From the IMG/VR virus record IMGVR_UViG_3300020201_000027, positions 1 to 54,496 of that record: a stretch of 54,496 nt of DNA, one strand, 5' to 3'. This document shows positions 45,875 to 54,496 of this stretch, in pieces. Made by a program: the position numbers and the translations under genes. How positions within the stretch are numbered: the first letter of the stretch is position 1; each line of letters opens with the position of its first letter. The DNA is from a virus (Duplodnaviria > Caudoviricetes). The notes beneath the pieces were generated by a model, which was not told the origin of the DNA, did no database searches, and saw nothing but the letters and a program-made list of their open reading frames with translations.

Positions 45875-46319
45875 TCTGGATCGAGCAAAAGATGACCTGC
45901 TCAATATTTTGAGCGTTAAAGGGCAGGCTGAAGTGTTCAAGCAGATGCAGCAGGTGCTGCTTGCTGCAGAATACACCTTTGCCTCCAAGACGCAGCAATA
46001 TGGGCTGTTCACCGACAATCGCGATGATGAACCAGCCATGGGTTTCTTTGAGCAATTCACAGACCTCAACCGGAAATATACTAGACTGCGGCATTTCGCT
46101 CGCGCTAAAATCGGAGGCGCCCTAAAAAACGGCAAGCCCGTTCCGTTCAAAGACGTTCTGGATACCTGCTTTGATTTGACTATCTATGCCATGATGATGA
46201 CCGTCCTGGCACACCGCTACACGGAGAAGTTTGATGAGCCTACAGGAAGCAGCCCTAGCACTGGAGATGGAGATTGGTCACGGAGAGTTGACCAGTCTAA
46301 TCCTGATTGCAGAGGGTGA
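45825..46319 (+). CDS. DUF1599-like (nucleotide modification-associated, all-helical) protein
   Basis: K...YG...G......L..K..RL...DT..DL..YAMM pattern. Confidence 0.65.
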   Translation: MARKELMEQLLFLAGVDLDRAKDDLLNILSVKGQAEVFKQMQQVLLAAEYTFASKTQQYGLFTDNRDDEPAMGFFEQFTDLNRKYTRLRHFARAKIGGALKNGKPVPFKDVLDTCFDLTIYAMMMTVLAHRYTEKFDEPTGSSPSTGDGDWSRRVDQSNPDCRG

Positions 46320-46500
46320 TGATCTGCACGTCTATACCAGCGGAGGCCCAGCCAATCTCGTTGGCACTGTATCAGCAATGCTTGATCACTCTCCAGTGAT
46401 AATTGACCTGTTCGTGGATGCGTTGCTGATCTTGAAGCGGGCTGGGCGCGATTACCCTGAGTTGAATCGTATTACCATAGCAGGGGAACGCGACCATTGA
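46234..46500 (+). CDS. Hypothetical protein
   Basis: GGAG RBS; TGATG coupling to the next gene. Confidence 0.55.
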   Translation: MSLQEAALALEMEIGHGELTSLILIAEGDDLHVYTSGGPANLVGTVSAMLDHSPVIIDLFVDALLILKRAGRDYPELNRITIAGERDH

Positions 46501-47051
46501 TGCTCTTGGCAGATTTTGAGACGACAGGGCTACTCAGGTCTACTCTTGACCCAAAAGAGCAACCTGGCATAATCCAAATTGCTGCTCTGCAGCTGGATGA
46601 GTCGTGGGAGGTTGTCTCAGAATATGAGACCATTGTTGACCCTGAGACGTTCATGGAGGAAGAAGCATTCAAAGCCCACGGCATCAGCCTGGAGAAAGCC
46701 CGGCCATTCGGACCTCTCCCTGCGCACTTTTATGACTTTGCCAACTTCGCTCTCGACAGCACCCACTGGGTTGGATTCAACATTGGGTTTGATAAGCGCA
46801 TTCTCTGGTGGCAGCTTCTGCGCTACAATCTTGAGATGAAATTCCCCTGGCCGCCATATGAGACGGATATTATGATTGTGGGCCGCGACGTGGCAAATAT
46901 TCAAGGCAAGTCTGACGTCAAATTCCCCAAATTGATCGAACTTCACAAATTCCTGTTTGGAGAAGGCTTCTCAGGGGCACATGATGCTCTTGAGGATTGC
47001 CGGGCTACTGCGCGATGCGGCAAGGAACTTTGGAAAAAAGGGCTGTTGTGA
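46500..47051 (+). CDS. DEDDh 3'-5' exonuclease (DnaQ-like)
   Basis: DFETTG, GFNIGFD, AHDALEDC. Confidence 0.9.
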   Translation: MLLADFETTGLLRSTLDPKEQPGIIQIAALQLDESWEVVSEYETIVDPETFMEEEAFKAHGISLEKARPFGPLPAHFYDFANFALDSTHWVGFNIGFDKRILWWQLLRYNLEMKFPWPPYETDIMIVGRDVANIQGKSDVKFPKLIELHKFLFGEGFSGAHDALEDCRATARCGKELWKKGLL

Positions 47052-47269
47052 TGGCTAAGCAAAAGATCAATTGGCAGACAATCGACAGCGCCCCTTTCAA
47101 TCGAGAATGTCTGGTCAAAGGACCAAGCGGATACAGGCAGCACCCAATTTTTGTCATGCTGGCACACCGCGACTATGAAAGGGGCGAAGATTGGCTCGAT
47201 CCAGAAGGAGAAAGCCTTTCTGACGGTGGCTTGTATCCAACCCATTGGGCGGATTTTGACCCTGAATGA
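47051..47269 (+). CDS. DUF551-like small protein
   Basis: WQTIDSAP...PTHW. Confidence 0.65.
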   Translation: MAKQKINWQTIDSAPFNRECLVKGPSGYRQHPIFVMLAHRDYERGEDWLDPEGESLSDGGLYPTHWADFDPE

Positions 47270-50157
47270 TCCCATACCTTGACATCCGCACGGGCTACAG
47301 CTTCCTCAAGGCATACGGCAGCCCAGACCAGATTATCAATCGCGCAAAGCTGATTGGTTCAGACACAATTGGCATCGCTGATGTGTCTGGGACCTGGGGC
47401 CACATCCCGTTCTACAAGGCTGCCAAGAAGGCTGGCCTGCACATGACCTTTGGTGTGCAACTGCCGGTCGTCACAAGTCTTGAGGGCAAGGACCCAAGAC
47501 ACGATCTTGTGACCCTCATTGCTCGCGACAGGGATGGGCTGAGGGCCCAATATGAGGCTGTAACCCTGGCCACCCAACAATTCTATTACAGACCCCGGCT
47601 AACCTGGGATCAGGTCTCAGACATCTGCCATTCCAATGTTGTTATCGCCAACAGAATTTCGCCAGATACCTTCCAGAATTTCCAGGCCCTAGGCACGGGA
47701 TATATCGGCGCGGCGCCTATCCCTGGGCTCCTATTGGCTAAGGCGCGGGCAGGCTTCCCTCGCGTGGCTATAGCCTGCTCCCCGCTCTATCCTAGCGCGC
47801 CCGATCTTGAGGCGTATCGCCTAGCAGTCTCCATTGGGTCGGCGCGGAAAACCAGTGAAGTGGATGCAGTCAATCAATATATGTTCCATGATTCTGAATT
47901 GAAGGCATTGTTTGCTCCTCATAGCGTGGATCGGAACATCATCACCAAATGGGTAGCAGAGACGCAAAAAATAGCTTGGTCGTGCAATGCAAGCATACCA
48001 CAGGCTAAAAATGTTCGTCCGCAAATCAATCTGACAATTGAGCAGTGGTCTGATATCGGCGCCAAAGAGCGCGGCATTGATTTGTCCGCAGAGCCATGGA
48101 AGTCGAGATATGAATATGAGATCAGACTCATTTATGAAAAAGGCTTCCAGGATTATTTTCTACTCATTGCAGACCTTGTTCAGTGGGCAAAAGAAAGGAT
48201 GTTTGTTGGTCCTGCGCGCGGCAGTTCTGCTGGCTCTCTGGTTTGCTATCTCATGGGTATTGTGGAAGTTGATCCTATCCGCCACAAACTTATGTTTGAG
48301 CGTTTCATCGACATTACCAGAACAGATTTGCCTGACGTTGATATTGATTTCCCTGATGATGATCGTGATTTGGTTTATGGCTATCTTGCTGGCAAGTATG
48401 GCCCTGAAAGAGTTGCTCGCCTGGGGACGGTATCTCTGTTCAAAGCAAAATCATCCATAGGAGATGTTGCTAAGTCATACAATGTCCCGAAATGGGAGGT
48501 TGAGGAATTGTCCTCGCTTTTGATTGAGCGAAGCGGCGGCGATGCCCGAGCCAATATGACTGTTCTGGATACAATTCAGCAATTCCCAAAAGCCCAAGAA
48601 TTGATAGCCAAATATCCTAAATTGCTTATGGCAGGACAACTGGAGGGCCACCCAAGGCACACAGGTAAGCACGCTGCTGGTGTCTGCATATCAGATGATG
48701 CCATCTCCAATTACTGCTCTGTGGATCATTTCAAGGGCGGCATTGGGATGCTAACCAAGTATGATGCTGAGGCAGTTGGTTTGATGAAGATTGACGCTCT
48801 TGGCCTAAAGACTTTGAGCGTCATTGAAGATTGCTGCCGGATGGCCGGGGCTGATCCGCGTGATCTGTATACTGTTGATCTTGATTACCGTCCGGCATTC
48901 AAGTTCTTCAACGAAGACAAGGTAGCAGGCATATTCCAATTTGAGGGCTATGCTGTTCGATCGTTGATGCGTCAAATGGGAGTGGAGCACTTTGATGATA
49001 TTGTGGCTCTTACTAGCCTGGCTCGTCCTGGACCTCTGCATAGTGGGTCTGCTAATGAATTCATCGAACGACGAACAGGACAGAAGGATTGGGCATACGC
49101 TCACCCAAGTATGCATGCTCATACTGGTCACACTTTTGGCACAATTGTTTATCAGGAGCAGGTAATGTCCATTACCCGCGATCTTGGGGACATGGACTGG
49201 CAGGATGTCAACTCTTTGCGCAGGGCAATGAGCAAGTCGCTCGGTGAGGAGTTTTTTAACAAATACAAAGAAAAGTTTCTTGTTGGAACGCGCAAAAAGG
49301 AAATACCAGATGCCATTGCCATCCGAATATGGGACGACATGTGCACCTTCGGCTCATGGGCCTTCAACCTCAGCCATGCTGTCTCGTATGCTATGGTTAG
49401 CTATTGGTGCGCATACATCAAGGCACGTTATCCCTTGGAGTTTGCAGTCGCCCATCTGCGACGTGCGGCATCCGACGACCATGTGCTGCGGCTACTCCGT
49501 GAGCTTGAGAAGGAAGGTCTCACGGTCATTCCGTTTGATCTGCACAAGTCCGAAGTCAATTGGTCGTCTCAGGATGGTGCAGTTGTTGGAGGGTTCAATT
49601 CAGTCAAAGGAGTGGGTGATAAGACAGCAGAGGGGTTCATTTCCAAGCGCAATGCTGACCCTGAGAACTGGATCGCCCGGCTCACCCTCTCGCAGCGATC
49701 CAGGCTGCTTGCTCCAAATAATACTCCATGGCATAACCTTAAACGACTACAGAAAGCCTATGGTGCATTCTATGAGACTCCAGAAAGCATCAAGTCTGAG
49801 GCGTTTCCAGCGGGAATTAGAGGCCCAATCATAAAGATCGAGGACATACCTGAGAAGAAAGGCGAGTATCTATTCATTGCCACTCTCAAGAACAGAAACT
49901 TGCGCGATCTGAATGAGACGCAGAGCCTAGCCAAGAGGGGGGGCAAGGTGATGCACCACAATAACCTGTTTTTGAACCTACAGGTGGAAGATGATACTGG
50001 TTCTATCCTCGCAACAGTCAATCGGTTTCGCTTCATCAAACTGGGCAAGGCTCTGATGGAAGAAGATAGTGATGGTCATGACTTCCTCATCAGGGGCGAG
50101 ATCAGAGAAGATGGGCGACGCAAGATCGACATACACAAGATGGTGAAACTGTCATGA
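47266..50157 (+). CDS. dnaE: DNA polymerase III alpha subunit (family C)
   Basis: PHP N-terminus, GPARGSSAGSLV, FERF....R.DLPDVDIDF, HAAGV, KIDALGL, GIFQFE, YQEQVM, FNLSHA. Confidence 0.95.
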   Translation: MIPYLDIRTGYSFLKAYGSPDQIINRAKLIGSDTIGIADVSGTWGHIPFYKAAKKAGLHMTFGVQLPVVTSLEGKDPRHDLVTLIARDRDGLRAQYEAVTLATQQFYYRPRLTWDQVSDICHSNVVIANRISPDTFQNFQALGTGYIGAAPIPGLLLAKARAGFPRVAIACSPLYPSAPDLEAYRLAVSIGSARKTSEVDAVNQYMFHDSELKALFAPHSVDRNIITKWVAETQKIAWSCNASIPQAKNVRPQINLTIEQWSDIGAKERGIDLSAEPWKSRYEYEIRLIYEKGFQDYFLLIADLVQWAKERMFVGPARGSSAGSLVCYLMGIVEVDPIRHKLMFERFIDITRTDLPDVDIDFPDDDRDLVYGYLAGKYGPERVARLGTVSLFKAKSSIGDVAKSYNVPKWEVEELSSLLIERSGGDARANMTVLDTIQQFPKAQELIAKYPKLLMAGQLEGHPRHTGKHAAGVCISDDAISNYCSVDHFKGGIGMLTKYDAEAVGLMKIDALGLKTLSVIEDCCRMAGADPRDLYTVDLDYRPAFKFFNEDKVAGIFQFEGYAVRSLMRQMGVEHFDDIVALTSLARPGPLHSGSANEFIERRTGQKDWAYAHPSMHAHTGHTFGTIVYQEQVMSITRDLGDMDWQDVNSLRRAMSKSLGEEFFNKYKEKFLVGTRKKEIPDAIAIRIWDDMCTFGSWAFNLSHAVSYAMVSYWCAYIKARYPLEFAVAHLRRAASDDHVLRLLRELEKEGLTVIPFDLHKSEVNWSSQDGAVVGGFNSVKGVGDKTAEGFISKRNADPENWIARLTLSQRSRLLAPNNTPWHNLKRLQKAYGAFYETPESIKSEAFPAGIRGPIIKIEDIPEKKGEYLFIATLKNRNLRDLNETQSLAKRGGKVMHHNNLFLNLQVEDDTGSILATVNRFRFIKLGKALMEEDSDGHDFLIRGEIREDGRRKIDIHKMVKLS

Positions 50158-50429
50158 GCGATTTACCACAAATTTTCTACATTGATCCTGACGACTGGAA
50201 GGCTCTCATCAAGGCAGGGGAGGAAATGAAGGCTACCCAGCAAGTGATTGATTCGTTTGTGGAACGAGCCAGCACAAGGATTGAAGGTTCCAATCGAATG
50301 GCTCGCGCTATCTGGAGACGCATCAAGGAGACGAACCCGAACATTGACTTGGACAACATCAACTATATGCCGCACGAACATGATGCTGGGGTTCTGGTTC
50401 CAGTCAGCATGAAGCTCCCAATCAAATAA
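50154..50429 (+). CDS. Hypothetical protein
   Basis: ATGA overlap with dnaE. Confidence 0.65.
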   Translation: MSDLPQIFYIDPDDWKALIKAGEEMKATQQVIDSFVERASTRIEGSNRMARAIWRRIKETNPNIDLDNINYMPHEHDAGVLVPVSMKLPIK

Positions 50430-50433
50430 AGAG

Positions 50434-50462
50434 CTTCTGTAATATCCCGGCCGCGCTATAAT
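50434..50462 (+). promoter_or_regulatory. Putative promoter CTTCTG-N17-TATAAT
   Basis: Same upstream hexamer as the early cassettes; consensus -10. Confidence 0.55.
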
Positions 50463-50637
50463 AAGGACGCGGCCGGAAGGAGCAAAGTTGTGACGGCACT
50501 GCTCCAATAGGGAAGAAGATGATGAAGGCAATTGTTGACTTAGCTTTTGCGGGATGTATTTTTTTGGCGACCCTGTTGGTAATTATGTTCAGTCTTTTGG
50601 CATGCATGTAGACTCAAACCAGGCAGGGAAGAAAGCG

Positions 50638-50865
50638 ATGAGATTGTTTGACTGGGCGTTGATTATTTTTGTGGTGATTCTCACCGTTGCCATGATGACC
50701 TATGGGGCGCACAGCAAGGAGCGCCAAAATCCCCCGCAGCGAGCTCAATTGTATGACAGCAAGGGGAACTATAAGGGGTATGTGAAAGAATCACCATATT
50801 CTGGGCGTTGCTGCAACATCTATGACAGCCAAGGGAGGCTGACCGGTGCTGTTCGCCAGAGATAA
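50638..50865 (+). CDS. Small exported or membrane-anchored protein
   Basis: Hydrophobic N-terminus, two YDS.G repeats. Confidence 0.55.
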   Translation: MRLFDWALIIFVVILTVAMMTYGAHSKERQNPPQRAQLYDSKGNYKGYVKESPYSGRCCNIYDSQGRLTGAVRQR

Positions 50866-51036
50866 TGGAGAATTGGAATTCAACCACGAAGGGCGCCAAT
50901 GGGCTGTAGTCTTTGCGGGAGGTTTTCTGGATGTCTTTCGCATAGGCGCCCAGCCTCTGTGCGATGATGGCTGGGCAGCTGCCAGAAAATGGTTCATCGA
51001 TCACCAACTTGAGTTCAACCTGGAAGGATACAGCTG

Positions 51037-51549
51037 ATGCCCAAATTCGGCCAAATTATTTCAATGTGCGCTCTCCCTGCTAAAGTGGGACACGTTGCCC
51101 TCCTGGTATATCAAATTGTCAGCGATGGCCCTATTAGCCGGGATGAAATGTTGAGCCTTATCAAAGAGGAAAGCAGCGTAGAGGTAACGCGCGAAATTGT
51201 CATACCAATGGGCAGTCTATTTGAGGATGTTTATGGATTTACCGCACTGAAGATTTTCTGCTCTGATCCACATCCATGGCCTGATCGTGTTGATGTGCTC
51301 AGCATCATCTATGCCAGAAAGCTCTACACCCAAGGGTTGCTCTGGGTGTGCCTCGCAGATGATAGCGGAAACCTATTCAGTTTTCAAAGCAAAGAGGCAA
51401 TAGATGCGGTGAGCCGATGGCTCATCCAAAGTCAGATAATTTGGAGGGACAGATATCACTCGCACACCAATCCAGAAGAGGACCAAATTCGCGTGATATC
51501 TGGAGAGAGCCTGGGTGAATTGATTGGGCGTATCAAAAATGCCACGTGA
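51037..51549 (+). CDS. Hypothetical protein
   Basis: 170-aa ORF in the operon. Confidence 0.6.
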   Translation: MPKFGQIISMCALPAKVGHVALLVYQIVSDGPISRDEMLSLIKEESSVEVTREIVIPMGSLFEDVYGFTALKIFCSDPHPWPDRVDVLSIIYARKLYTQGLLWVCLADDSGNLFSFQSKEAIDAVSRWLIQSQIIWRDRYHSHTNPEEDQIRVISGESLGELIGRIKNAT

Positions 51550-52150
51550 AATGGCTATGCTGAGCATACTGAAGCAGCGCATCACTTATACTGAGTCTGA
51601 TTTGAGCACTCACATTCGCAAGGCAATTGAAAGAGCTGACCTCAAGACCTACAAGATCAAGACTGATGCGGTGCTTGGCATGCCAGACATCTATACAACT
51701 GGCGGGAATTGGCTGGAAAGCAAGATTGAGCGTCGCATCCCAAGCCCAAGATTCAGCCCATTGAAATTGTTTACTGGCTCCCAAAGACGCGAGCTTGACC
51801 AACTCACGAACGCTGGAGATGGGACGTGGGCTTGTGTGGCCTGGGCATATGATGCACTGGATCAGAGAATTGGCATCATGCCGTGGTTTTATTTTCGGCG
51901 CATTCGTTTATGGCCCTTAAAAACAGTCCACCATTTCACAGAGCCATACCATGACAGAAAAAGCATTAATGGATATGTTCGGAACCATCTCATAGTCAAT
52001 CGAAAGCTCTCAATGAAGCCATTTATGGAAAAATTTGACATCTGGCCTGATCGCGAGGACAAGTCATACTTCAAACAAGAAATAAGCCCGATCTACGGCG
52101 ATGAAGATTTCAATGACTACCTGACGATGCACAAGAGGAACCAGATATGA
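51539..52150 (+). CDS. PD-(D/E)xK nuclease (VRR-NUC / resolvase-like)
   Basis: E......GMPDI......WLESK......Q. Confidence 0.65.
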   Translation: MPREMAMLSILKQRITYTESDLSTHIRKAIERADLKTYKIKTDAVLGMPDIYTTGGNWLESKIERRIPSPRFSPLKLFTGSQRRELDQLTNAGDGTWACVAWAYDALDQRIGIMPWFYFRRIRLWPLKTVHHFTEPYHDRKSINGYVRNHLIVNRKLSMKPFMEKFDIWPDREDKSYFKQEISPIYGDEDFNDYLTMHKRNQI

Positions 52151-52677
52151 ATGACCGAGAAATTCTAGACATCCTTAGGTCGGTCTGCGAAGACACGGCA
52201 CCAAGAGGCAACCTAGCCCCGGCTATCCATGAGCTGGAGGACAGACTTGCTGCCATGCAGACTATGCCAGATCGCAAAATGGTTTTGGTTGATTTTGACG
52301 GGGTGCTGCACAGCTACAAGTCGGGGTGGGCCGGGGCGAACATCATACTTGATGGCCCTTTGCCTGGGGCAATTGCCTGGCTTGAGAGCCTGCTGGAGAA
52401 CCCTGATCTGGATGTGCGCATCTTCTCAGCGCGCTGCAACGACCCAAATGCTATCAGGGCAATGATAGCGTGGTTCTGTGAGCACAGGATCAACCAAAAT
52501 CTTCTTGACAGGCTCCGCTTCCAGCCGGGCAAGCCAAAGGCCCATCTGATCATCGATGACCGGGCAGTGCAATTCCGCTATGTGTCTCCAAACGTCACCT
52601 ATGCAACGCTCAACACAAACTGGGTGGCATATTTTGAGCCGTGGTATTACCAGCAAAACGAGTGGAAACGCAAATAA
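52147..52677 (+). CDS. HAD-superfamily phosphatase
   Basis: VDFDGVLHSY, IFSAR, KPKAHLIIDDRA. Confidence 0.85.
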   Translation: MNDREILDILRSVCEDTAPRGNLAPAIHELEDRLAAMQTMPDRKMVLVDFDGVLHSYKSGWAGANIILDGPLPGAIAWLESLLENPDLDVRIFSARCNDPNAIRAMIAWFCEHRINQNLLDRLRFQPGKPKAHLIIDDRAVQFRYVSPNVTYATLNTNWVAYFEPWYYQQNEWKRK

Positions 52678-52679
52678 CA

Positions 52680-52937
52680 ATGAGCCATTCACAGAAGCTG
52701 AATGAACTGATCGCATTCGTCAAATCAAAGTTTGGCGACAACGTTGATGATTTTGAGATGCATTGTGCAATCTACTGGTATGCCTCAGAATTTCACTCCG
52801 GCCAAAACTCAGAATTGTATGAGGTGTTGAGTTGCACATCATACCGGCCTGGTGCCTATGAATGCGGGCCAGAAGAGGACATTGCTTCAAGCATATATGA
52901 TGCCTTGGTCGAAGAATATGAAGATGTGAGTTGTTAG
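52680..52937 (+). CDS. Hypothetical protein
   Basis: AIYWYASEFHSGQ.S.LY..L....YRPG pattern. Confidence 0.6.
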   Translation: MSHSQKLNELIAFVKSKFGDNVDDFEMHCAIYWYASEFHSGQNSELYEVLSCTSYRPGAYECGPEEDIASSIYDALVEEYEDVSC

Positions 52938-52952
52938 CGGTCAAATAATTCG

Positions 52953-52982
52953 CTTCTGACCTGGGTGCCTCTCGCGTAAGAT
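52953..52982 (+). promoter_or_regulatory. Putative promoter CTTCTG-N18-TAAGAT
   Basis: Same geometry as the 3322, 4817 and 5885 elements. Confidence 0.5.
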
Positions 52983-52996
52983 AAGATCGTAAACCG

Positions 52997-53761
52997 ATGG
53001 AGAATGTGGTGGACGATACAAAAGAAAATGCCAACGTGAGACGCCAATCGGTAATTCGGCGGGTCATTGGCTTGATGGCCAAGACTACTCAGGCAGGATG
53101 CACTGAAGAGGAAGCCATGGCTGCTGCCAATCTTGCAAGCAAATTGATGGCAGAATATGAACTTGGATTGTCCGACATTCAGCTCAAAGAGCAGGCAAAT
53201 TGCCAAGAGGGCTCCGTCAATACCGGGTTCAAGTCGGATGGACAGAACTCTCTTTTGACCGTCAAAGCAATCGGATATTTGACTGATACCAAAGTCTGGT
53301 CGGCTTTGCGCGGAAATCATCTGCACGTGGTGTTCTTTGGCTTTGAGACTGATGTCATCATCGCCAAGTATATCTTTGCCATCATTGATCGGGCAATGAA
53401 TTATGCAACTGTGCGACATGCGCACTTCTATGAGGGGTTCAACTCCCTGCCTCGGGCTCGTCAGCATCAGCTGAATGACTCCTTCCAGGCTGGGATGGTA
53501 TCGCGGATTTGTGATCGGCTGCTCCAAATGAAGCATGATCGCAATAAGGAGGCTTCTGACAGTGGCCGCAGTCTTGTCGTGGTCAAGGCTTCCATGGTTG
53601 AGGAGGAATTTCGCAAGACCAGCATTTGCCTGATTAACAAGAAGGCGCCAAGATCGAAGAACATGGATGGTGAGGCATTTGCTTCTGGCTTGATTGCAGG
53701 AGACAAGGTTGAATTCAACTCTGGCATTGCCGCACCAAAGGCACCAGAAAAAATCAACTGA
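52997..53761 (+). CDS. DUF2786-domain protein
   Basis: GCTEEEAMAAANLASKLMAEY.L, FFG.E.D, SFQAGMV..I..RL. Confidence 0.75.
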   Translation: MENVVDDTKENANVRRQSVIRRVIGLMAKTTQAGCTEEEAMAAANLASKLMAEYELGLSDIQLKEQANCQEGSVNTGFKSDGQNSLLTVKAIGYLTDTKVWSALRGNHLHVVFFGFETDVIIAKYIFAIIDRAMNYATVRHAHFYEGFNSLPRARQHQLNDSFQAGMVSRICDRLLQMKHDRNKEASDSGRSLVVVKASMVEEEFRKTSICLINKKAPRSKNMDGEAFASGLIAGDKVEFNSGIAAPKAPEKIN

Positions 53762-53884
53762 ACCGACAAGTTTCCTGTTTACTGACGGAATATAATGGGA
53801 TAGACTTCCTTTGTTACCGCAGTAATCAGGTAGGGGCAAGATGGCAGCCCTTTGATGTCATCAAGAATGTAAGGGCACTTTGAT

Positions 53885-54496
53885 ATGCGATATCGTATGG
53901 CGAATGATGAGTCGATCGAGGCAAAGCCGACAAAGTTCGATGACTGCACCCTGGCTGCCACGGGCAAGCCCTACAAGTTCCAGAAAGGCAGCGGCCGCAG
54001 CATGGTTATTGCGCTGGCGGTGGATGGCATGCCCCTGGGCACCCTGGCCGCCATGGCTGGCAAGCTCGGCTTCACCTCCGATTTTGCAGTGGACTGCGCC
54101 TGGAAGCAGCACACCACCGCCGACGGCGCCTGGAAGGTGGAGCCCCCCAGTGGGATGACCATGGCCGAGGTGAAGGCGCGCAAGAACGTCTACATCCTGA
54201 CGCCGGAGCAGGAGCAGGCTGCAAAGGATCGTGAGGATGACAAGGCCAAGGCCAAGTCAGCTCGTGAGCTGGCAAAGACGCAGAAGGCCGAGGCTGCCGC
54301 TGCCAGTCGGGCAGCCAAGGCCGACGCAGCCATTGCTACCCGGCTGAAAGCACGGCAAGACGCAGCGGATGCAGCGGCCGCAACTTCCGCTGCTTCGGCC
54401 GCTGCCGGCGGCAACCCTGCAGAGGGCACTTCTGCGGTGGTTTCCAAGGGCAAGAGCAAGGGCAAGGCCAAGCCGCCCGCTGGCTCACCAGAAGCC
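53885..54496 (+). CDS. Ala/Lys-rich protein (215 aa when joined to 128-163)
   Basis: Open frame from ATG 53885 to the window end, continuing to TGA 161-163; AAGGGCA upstream. Confidence 0.8.
   Translation, partial: MRYRMANDESIEAKPTKFDDCTLAATGKPYKFQKGSGRSMVIALAVDGMPLGTLAAMAGKLGFTSDFAVDCAWKQHTTADGAWKVEPPSGMTMAEVKARKNVYILTPEQEQAAKDREDDKAKAKSARELAKTQKAEAAAASRAAKADAAIATRLKARQDAADAAAATSAASAAAGGNPAEGTSAVVSKGKSKGKAKPPAGSPEA
54370..54496. repeat. Terminal overlap with 1-127
   Basis: Matches the first 127 nt with one mismatch. Confidence 0.95.

Noticed and set aside
52934-53839. Long antisense ORFs (also 18363-19388, 11907-12665, 17290-17985, 44856-45569)
   Set aside because: They shadow well-supported + strand genes and show no RBS or recognisable motifs.
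53762-53884. tRNA or known ncRNA in intergenic gaps
   Set aside because: No cloverleaf or T-loop signature found by eye here or in other gaps; tRNAscan/Infernal were not run.

Overview
The window looks like a complete, circularly assembled ~54.4-kb lytic siphophage genome: bases 1-127 repeat 54370-54496, and one gene runs across the join. The host is probably an Alphaproteobacterium (inference). Layout: small early genes on + (771-6860); a non-coding repeat region (6860-7975); a leftward operon (7980-9952); packaging, Mu-like head and GTA-like tail genes (10190-36670), including a GT-B/methyltransferase/GT-A fusion next to the capsid gene; and a replication/nucleotide module (37137-53761: SNF2 helicase, SSB-like, primase, UvrD, FAD oxidoreductase, atypical ThyX, DUF1599-like, DEDDh exonuclease, DnaE, HAD). 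The main discovery is a ~1.1-kb block (8867-9961) with no CA or TG dinucleotide at all. It holds three genes missed by the ORF track, which start at ATT/ATC behind an identical 17-nt ribosome-binding cassette, and a CA/TG-free sigma70-like promoter. It lies just upstream of, and divergent from, the putative small terminase, where first-ejected DNA would be expected. All functional calls rest on motif recognition by eye, not on database searches.
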